Assembly: GCA_034439715.1 (NCBI GenBank)
Contig: JAWXAY010000017.1
Span: forward strand, 1-20,968
Direction of reading: 5' to 3'
DNA: 20,968 bases
DNA from: Pseudomonadota bacterium
Lineage (GTDB): Bacteria; Bdellovibrionota; Bdellovibrionia; Bdellovibrionales; SG-bin7
The notes under the pieces were generated by a model, which saw nothing but the letters and a program-made list of their open reading frames with translations, did no database searches and was not told where the DNA came from. Below, in pieces: positions 15,968 through 20,968 of this stretch. Each line of letters opens with the position of its first letter. Positions within the stretch are counted from its first letter, which is position 1. The position numbers and the translations under genes were made by a program.

Positions 15968-17272
15968 TTATTCTTCCTCATTCGCGGCGTCGTTTAAAGG
16001 CAAGCGAATAATGAATTCAGCTCCCTTGTGAGGATTGTTCTGCACGCGAATTTGTCCGCCGTGTTCGATTTCGACAATTTCGCGGCTAATGGCAAGGCCA
16101 AGGCCAGTACCCTTAGATCCCTTTGTTGTAAAAAATGGTTCCATGATTTTTGCGAGATGTTCTTTAGGAATTCCAGGTCCGTAGTCGCGAACGATTAATT
16201 CAACCCAATTGCCTACATGGGCCACAGAAAAATCGATTTGTCCCCCGTTACCCATGGCGTGAAGAGCGTTGATGATGAGATTAACAAAAACCTGAACCAA
16301 CGAGGCCGATGCCGCCATCACTTGAATTTTATCGCTCTTAATGCGGCACACTTTAGTTTTGGTAAGCTTAAGTTGGTAATCCATCAACTGAATAGATTCT
16401 TCTAGCGGCTGAACTGCCCATATCAGCTCTCTTTTGATGTGTTCATCCTTCGTGCCTAGATGCTTGAAGCGATCTAAAACCTTGGTGGCGATATCCGAAG
16501 CTTGAAGAATACCCGTCAGCGCCTTTCGCATATCATCGGGAGGGCTGTCCATATTGAGTTCTGCCTGGCCGACAATCTGCATCAGTATATTTCCAAATTC
16601 ATGAGCTACACCTCGAGCTACAACGGCAACGGAATTCAAGCGTTCACCATCCTGTAGTCTTTTGTGAGCCTCAGCAAGATCAATATCCTTTTGTTCTTTC
16701 TCTTTTCGCAAATTCCATAGCGCAATGTAGTTGCGGGCTTTTTGAATAATTTCGCCTTCAGAAAAGGGTTTGGTCAAGTAATCCCAACGATCAGTTTTAT
16801 CGGTGCCCAAAAATTTTCCGATAGTGTCGACACTTCTGTCTTGATAGGCCGTTACAAATACGGCGTAGAGTTCGGGATCAAGTTTATGAACTTCTTTAAC
16901 GAGCTCGATTCCATCCATACCTGCGCCGAGGCGTACATCAAAAAATCCCATGGCAAAAGGTTTTCCAGCAGCGTGAGCCCGCCGTACTTGTATGAGTGCA
17001 TCCTGGGCGTTGTGTGTGACAACAATTTCGTATTGATTAAAACGAGCGGGGTCAGTCGGTGGTAGCGCCACGGGAGCTGGCGTGGAACGGCTGGAGCGCG
17101 CAATAGGTGTCACATTTGCTGGTGCATTTAAAATTTGAACATAAGAGTTAGCGATTTCGACTTCATCATCTACGATCAGTATTCTTTTGTTCCATTCCTT
17201 TGTCGATGCAGTCTGAATATCAGAAGGTAGAGTGGACTCGGGTTTTAAAATTTTGGCGGTATTTTGGCTCAT
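15968..17272 (-). CDS. Hybrid response regulator-histidine kinase (REC + HisKA + HATPase, NtrB-like)
   Basis: REC 'ILIVDDE...FFDVRLG...VTAYQD...YLTKPF'; H-box 'VAHEFGNIL'; N-box 'NLIINALHAM'; 'DYGPGIP', 'PFFTTK', 'GTGLGLAI'. ATGA overlap with the upstream gene. Confidence 0.92.
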   Translation of the reverse strand: MSQNTAKILKPESTLPSDIQTASTKEWNKRILIVDDEVEIANSYVQILNAPANVTPIARSSRSTPAPVALPPTDPARFNQYEIVVTHNAQDALIQVRRAHAAGKPFAMGFFDVRLGAGMDGIELVKEVHKLDPELYAVFVTAYQDRSVDTIGKFLGTDKTDRWDYLTKPFSEGEIIQKARNYIALWNLRKEKEQKDIDLAEAHKRLQDGERLNSVAVVARGVAHEFGNILMQIVGQAELNMDSPPDDMRKALTGILQASDIATKVLDRFKHLGTKDEHIKRELIWAVQPLEESIQLMDYQLKLTKTKVCRIKSDKIQVMAASASLVQVFVNLIINALHAMGNGGQIDFSVAHVGNWVELIVRDYGPGIPKEHLAKIMEPFFTTKGSKGTGLGLAISREIVEIEHGGQIRVQNNPHKGAEFIIRLPLNDAANEEE

Positions 17273-19389
17273 GCAACGGCCCCCTCGCTCGAAACTTGTA
17301 AAGGCAATCGGATTCTAAAAGTAGTTAGAACACTAGGCGTAGAACTGACAAACTCTAAATCGCCGCCAAAGGCGCGCATGAACCGGCGACTGATACCTAG
17401 TCCAAGTCCGGTGCCTTCTTCTTTGGATTTTGTTGTGAATTGAGTTCTCAATAATTTTGTTTGATTTTCTAAGCTGATACCGCTGCCGTTGTCCGAAATG
17501 TCAATTATCAGTTGTCGGTTTTCTTGCAGGGTTTTGATCATCACCTTACCAGTTACATTTGAGGCAGTTTTAATGGCTTGCTGCGAATTTCGCAAAAGGT
17601 TTGTCACACTTTGAATAAACTCATCTTTATCTACTAAAACTTCATCATGATCTGTTTGGGTTTCCAAAACGATATTGATTTGAGCCTGATTGTAAAGGTC
17701 GCCCATGATATTAATACATTCCTTTAGTAATTGATGGGCGGAGTGCTCCTTTAGTTCAGTTCGCACGGTGCTTAGCGTCCTCATTCCAGAAACAATTTTA
17801 TTAATTCTCTGTGCCTCATTAATAACAAAATCTGTATCTTGTAGAAGTACAACGATTTCAGATTCCCACTGCGCCACGACGGATTTTACATTTTGAATGT
17901 CTTCTTCCCAGAGTGACTTACTGGGATCAATTGTTGAGGGAGCCTTCCAATTAGTAATTAACGTTTCAAAGCCCCCTTTTGTATAGTCGGTTGACCAGGC
18001 TGACCAAATTTCTCTAAGCACTGTGGTGTCTCTTCGCGCTTCTTTTCCAAAGCGGTTCTGAACTTTTTTTACTCGAGTCAGCAGACTTGTGAGTGGATTT
18101 AGAACTTCGTGAGCCGCATTACCCGCAATTTCTCCAATTGCCGCCAAGCGGGAAGTGCGGATGAGCGCCTCCTGAGTCTCTTTGATAGCGCGATTTTGCT
18201 CGGCTAATTTTTGAGTGCGGTCGAGTACTTTTTTTTCTAGATCACGATTAATTTCTTCAAGCTGGTTTCGTGAACTTTTTAAATCTTTTATCATCGTATT
18301 AAAGGAATTGGCCAAAACTGAAATTTCATCACTTGTTGAAACTGTAATATTTGTGGTGAGATCTCCCTCTGAGACTTTCGCCATGCCCTCCATTAGGACC
18401 TCTAATGGCTGCGTGAGTGAGCGCGAAAAGATGAGCGAGCATAAAAATGCAAGAGTTACTACAAACAGACTTACAACAAGAGAGCGAATCAGTAATGTGT
18501 CGACAGCTTCAAAGGCTCGCTTGCGGGGCATTTGAGACAGTACAATCATTCTGTCGCTAAATGTTTTGGAAAAGCCACCAAAAACTTCTGAGTTTTCGGA
18601 CTTAAAACTTCCAATTGAAAGTTTGGTGGGAGAGGTGATGGCTTTGGCTATGAGTGGCCAGGTGATGGATTCTTTATATTTCAGAAGCTCAGAATTTTTG
18701 GGATGGGCCAAAAGTTCACCCTTATGGTTTGTCAGAAAAACTTCGTTGGAGCGAACATCGCTTATCATTTTTAATAAACTGTCGATTCTAATATAACTCA
18801 CGACAGCCCAGCGTTGAACAACACTGCCATCTTTGGCCTCTTGAATCACACTACGGCCAAAACCTATGAGGGGAGGCCCATTGGGAATAGTAGCGTTCCA
18901 AATTTCTTGTCCCGATTGTTGAATCAAGCCGAACGGAATGGGGCGGGCAGCTGCGAGATCATTTTCAAAAAAATCTTTTTGTATACCGTATGTTTCTAAA
19001 AACTCGTCGTTAAAATAGGCTCTGTAGGTTTTGTCGGGAGTTGACGAAAACGCCAGAGAAACAAAGGCAATATTTTTATCTGTTTTAAGGAGATCTTGAA
19101 CGGTGGCGTTGACGTCATCAGACTTATCGTGGAGCAATGCAAAAAGTGTCAGTTTGTCAGAATAGCTCTTAAATTGAGTTTCAATTTCTGAGGCTAAATT
19201 TAGAACCATGTTTTTATTAAGGTCGTATACCAGACGTTCTTTGTCTTCACGAAAAGTAATTGTAGCGATGCTTAAATATATAAGTACACAAATTCCGAGC
19301 AGAAGCGACATGACCGCCAAAAACTTATAGCGAATTGAAAACTTGGGTTTAAGCCTTAGTGCCAACTGTAAATTCCTCTTTGCTTTCAT
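17269..19389 (-). CDS. Membrane sensor histidine kinase (2 TM, periplasmic Cache-like domain, HAMP, HisKA, HATPase)
   Basis: Two TM helices flanking an approximately 250-aa periplasmic region; HAMP 'LTQPL...GDL...DEISVLANSFNTM'; H-box 'AAHEVLNPL'; 'NLLRNS', 'DNGSGI', 'FTTK', 'GTGLGL'. Start 19389 preferred because the ATG at 19398 lies inside the -10 element. Confidence 0.92.
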   Translation of the reverse strand: MKAKRNLQLALRLKPKFSIRYKFLAVMSLLLGICVLIYLSIATITFREDKERLVYDLNKNMVLNLASEIETQFKSYSDKLTLFALLHDKSDDVNATVQDLLKTDKNIAFVSLAFSSTPDKTYRAYFNDEFLETYGIQKDFFENDLAAARPIPFGLIQQSGQEIWNATIPNGPPLIGFGRSVIQEAKDGSVVQRWAVVSYIRIDSLLKMISDVRSNEVFLTNHKGELLAHPKNSELLKYKESITWPLIAKAITSPTKLSIGSFKSENSEVFGGFSKTFSDRMIVLSQMPRKRAFEAVDTLLIRSLVVSLFVVTLAFLCSLIFSRSLTQPLEVLMEGMAKVSEGDLTTNITVSTSDEISVLANSFNTMIKDLKSSRNQLEEINRDLEKKVLDRTQKLAEQNRAIKETQEALIRTSRLAAIGEIAGNAAHEVLNPLTSLLTRVKKVQNRFGKEARRDTTVLREIWSAWSTDYTKGGFETLITNWKAPSTIDPSKSLWEEDIQNVKSVVAQWESEIVVLLQDTDFVINEAQRINKIVSGMRTLSTVRTELKEHSAHQLLKECINIMGDLYNQAQINIVLETQTDHDEVLVDKDEFIQSVTNLLRNSQQAIKTASNVTGKVMIKTLQENRQLIIDISDNGSGISLENQTKLLRTQFTTKSKEEGTGLGLGISRRFMRAFGGDLEFVSSTPSVLTTFRIRLPLQVSSEGAVA

Positions 19390-19394
19390 TAACT

Positions 19395-19422
19395 TCATCG
19401 GCAGTTTAAGGGCGAAAGGTTA
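19395..19422 (-). promoter_or_regulatory. Sigma28 (FliA)-like promoter, probably giving a leaderless mRNA
   Basis: TAAC-N16-GCCGATGA ending 5 nt before ATG 19389; no SD. Confidence 0.5.
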
Positions 19423-19440
19423 GATTTTTTGGAGGAGACT

Positions 19441-19851
19441 TTAGTCGAGAGTGCATTTATTTTGAACGCACTTGATGTTTTGCGGGGGCATTAGGTATTC
19501 ACAAGTGCTGATGGCACCGCTAAACTCGTTGAGTTCAGCTTCGATCGAATTATATTCCTCTACCAAAGTTTGGAGTTCGCTGCCGCGATTGTTCACGGAA
19601 TTAACGATATAGGACTTAGGTCCGCCGCAGGCTTTTGAACCAAATGGGTAAGCTTCACAGTCTCCCGCAATTGAGCAATAGTCTTGAACTAAAATGTCAT
19701 TAATTTTTTCTTCAAGTTTGTATAGTTTTTCTATGTTGGCGGCGGCGCTACTTCCGTCCGTTAAGGTAATTTGGGAGGGAATGCAGCCCTGAAAAGTCAT
19801 CAGGGCGCCCAAACAAAATAGCCATACTGGGTTGTACGATTTACTGAGCAA
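19441..19851 (-). CDS. Small disulfide-rich lipoprotein of unknown function
   Basis: Probable lipobox FQG-C; six further Cys in the pattern 'CSIAGDC...GSKACGGP.SY...ISTC...C...KC'. TTG start overlaps the upstream stop; exact start uncertain. Confidence 0.7.
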   Translation of the reverse strand: MLSKSYNPVWLFCLGALMTFQGCIPSQITLTDGSSAAANIEKLYKLEEKINDILVQDYCSIAGDCEAYPFGSKACGGPKSYIVNSVNNRGSELQTLVEEYNSIEAELNEFSGAISTCEYLMPPQNIKCVQNKCTLD

Positions 19852-20677
19852 CGTTAAATCTCAGTCGTCGATCGGCAGCTGCGTGAATATGGCAGTGATA
19901 GGAGACTGGAAAATTAACAGCGGTTTCGGTGACCCTTATGTCGTAGATCTGTCCGTTAACACCCAGGTTTGTGGGCTCGTGGTACTTACCGGGAGCAATG
20001 TGAACCCGGTGGACGACGAGTGGGTCTATATTGACATAACGAATTGTCACGCCTCCAACATGCGGGCTAAAATCAACAGTAGCTCCGGGTGGGGGAGAAC
20101 TCCAGACCATGAGGTTTCCGTTAGGTGGCCCTGAAAGGTTTATTTGATAAAGGGCGTTTACTATAACTACGGCGTTCCCTATAATTTGGCCTGTATAAAT
20201 TCCGCTGGTCGGGGTTACAACAAACTTAAATTGCCCTGTGCCAGAATTGGCCATAGATCTTGTAGTGACCAAAAATTCTTGCGATTTGGATTCACCTTCC
20301 ACAAGGATTATTGAAACTTCACTAGGTGTGATAACAATGTTTTGTGCGGGATCGAAGGTATTAAGCAAAGTTCTGTCAATGGCGACTCTGAGGCTACCAT
20401 TAAAACCTTTCTGAGCAGTTACTGTCGCCGTTATCCTTCGTTGGTCGGCGAGGTTAACATTTGCGGTCTCGGTAAAAGCAAGCCCTACGGGAAAGCCCGG
20501 TGGTGCCGGTACTACTGTAGGAGGCACTGCAGGAGGAGTGGTATTATTAGTGCCTAAATTTGCCGATTCGTTCACTTTGCCGAGTTCTGCACTGAACTTA
20601 GCGCATCCATTAAACGATAAGCTCACGAACAACAATAATAGCGAAAAAATCCCAAGCATTTTAAATTTTTTTATCAC
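19841..20677 (-). CDS. Lipoprotein with Pro-rich linker, Ig-like middle domain and His-rich cupredoxin-like C-terminus
   Basis: GTG start with G-rich RBS; lipobox 'FNG-C'; 'TTPPAVPPTVVPAPP' linker; beta-rich middle; C-terminal 'TIRYVNIDPLVVHRVH...YHE...YHCHIH'. Confidence 0.7.
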   Translation of the reverse strand: MIKKFKMLGIFSLLLLFVSLSFNGCAKFSAELGKVNESANLGTNNTTPPAVPPTVVPAPPGFPVGLAFTETANVNLADQRRITATVTAQKGFNGSLRVAIDRTLLNTFDPAQNIVITPSEVSIILVEGESKSQEFLVTTRSMANSGTGQFKFVVTPTSGIYTGQIIGNAVVIVNALYQINLSGPPNGNLMVWSSPPPGATVDFSPHVGGVTIRYVNIDPLVVHRVHIAPGKYHEPTNLGVNGQIYDIRVTETAVNFPVSYHCHIHAAADRRLRFNVAQ

Positions 20678-20968
20678 TTATACCCCCCGGCCATATTGAT
20701 TATTAGTGCAAAATCAGGGTCACGTTATGCCGACTATATCCTACGTCGACCTAATAAATCGTATGGGACGTAGACGCCTGTCAAAATAGTGGATGATTAT
20801 AGTATCATTTCGGGTTTTTGTCTCAAATCGAGATCCATTATGCACAAAGAGGCCTCTTTCCTTTTTTAATGGGAGCTCAATTAAGTTTAGCTGGTTGAAT
20901 TAACCACTCGGCTCAGGTTTCAGGCTGATTCTCCAGCGTGCGTAATAGTCGCGCCGCTTAGTGTATTC

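Noticed and set aside
5385..20557. Numerous short antisense or alternate-frame ORFs (e.g. 6820-7239, 11507-11830, 14536-14901, 16742-17065, 18215-18535, 19832-20134)
   Set aside because: All are nested in well-supported CDSs and have no recognisable motif; they are treated as shadow ORFs.
20707..20723. Sigma54 promoter upstream of 20677 (minus strand GTGACCCTGATTTTGCA)
   Set aside because: The -12 TTGCA is good, but the -24 position reads GA instead of the invariant GG.
20900..20968. Possible 3' end of a minus-strand CDS at the window edge (...EYTKRRDYYARWRISLKPEPSG*)
   Set aside because: Only about 22 codons are visible and the frame cannot be established.
1..20968. CRISPR array, tRNA/rRNA, transposase, integrase or phage genes
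   Set aside because: No regularly spaced DNA repeats, RNA-gene signatures or mobile-element protein motifs were seen.

Overview
Gene-dense, AT-rich bacterial window, most likely from a Bdellovibrionota (Bdellovibrio-like) genome. That assignment is inferred from gene families, an FNGC-type lipoprotein signal and repeated sigma28-like promoters. There are four blocks. (1) 104-2790 (-): a small stress-type cluster (63-aa hydrophilic protein, DUF1328, hemerythrin, outer-membrane beta-barrel, AI-2E transporter) behind a sigma54-type promoter. (2) 2957-9585 (-): a tightly coupled operon of exported proteins (mono-heme CxxCH protein, small helical protein, Tat-exported DUF1501-like protein, di-heme cytochrome c, cytochrome b562-like protein, pentapeptide-repeat fusion), followed by a mono-heme cytochrome c lipoprotein, with a divergent cupredoxin-like gene at 9783-10136. 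This is the best candidate for an uncharacterised envelope redox/metal system. (3) 10258-19389: a signalling island with a PAS histidine kinase, a secreted SH3b protein, a REC-GGDEF enzyme carrying the Hypr (3',3'-cGAMP synthase) Asp-to-Ser signature, a FecR-domain protein and a three-gene kinase/hybrid kinase/CheY-like operon; several of these genes have sigma28-like promoters. (4) 19441-20677 (-): two lipoproteins, one with a His-rich cupredoxin-like C-terminus. No RNA genes, CRISPR arrays or mobile elements were recognised. All family calls are motif recognition by eye, not database searches.
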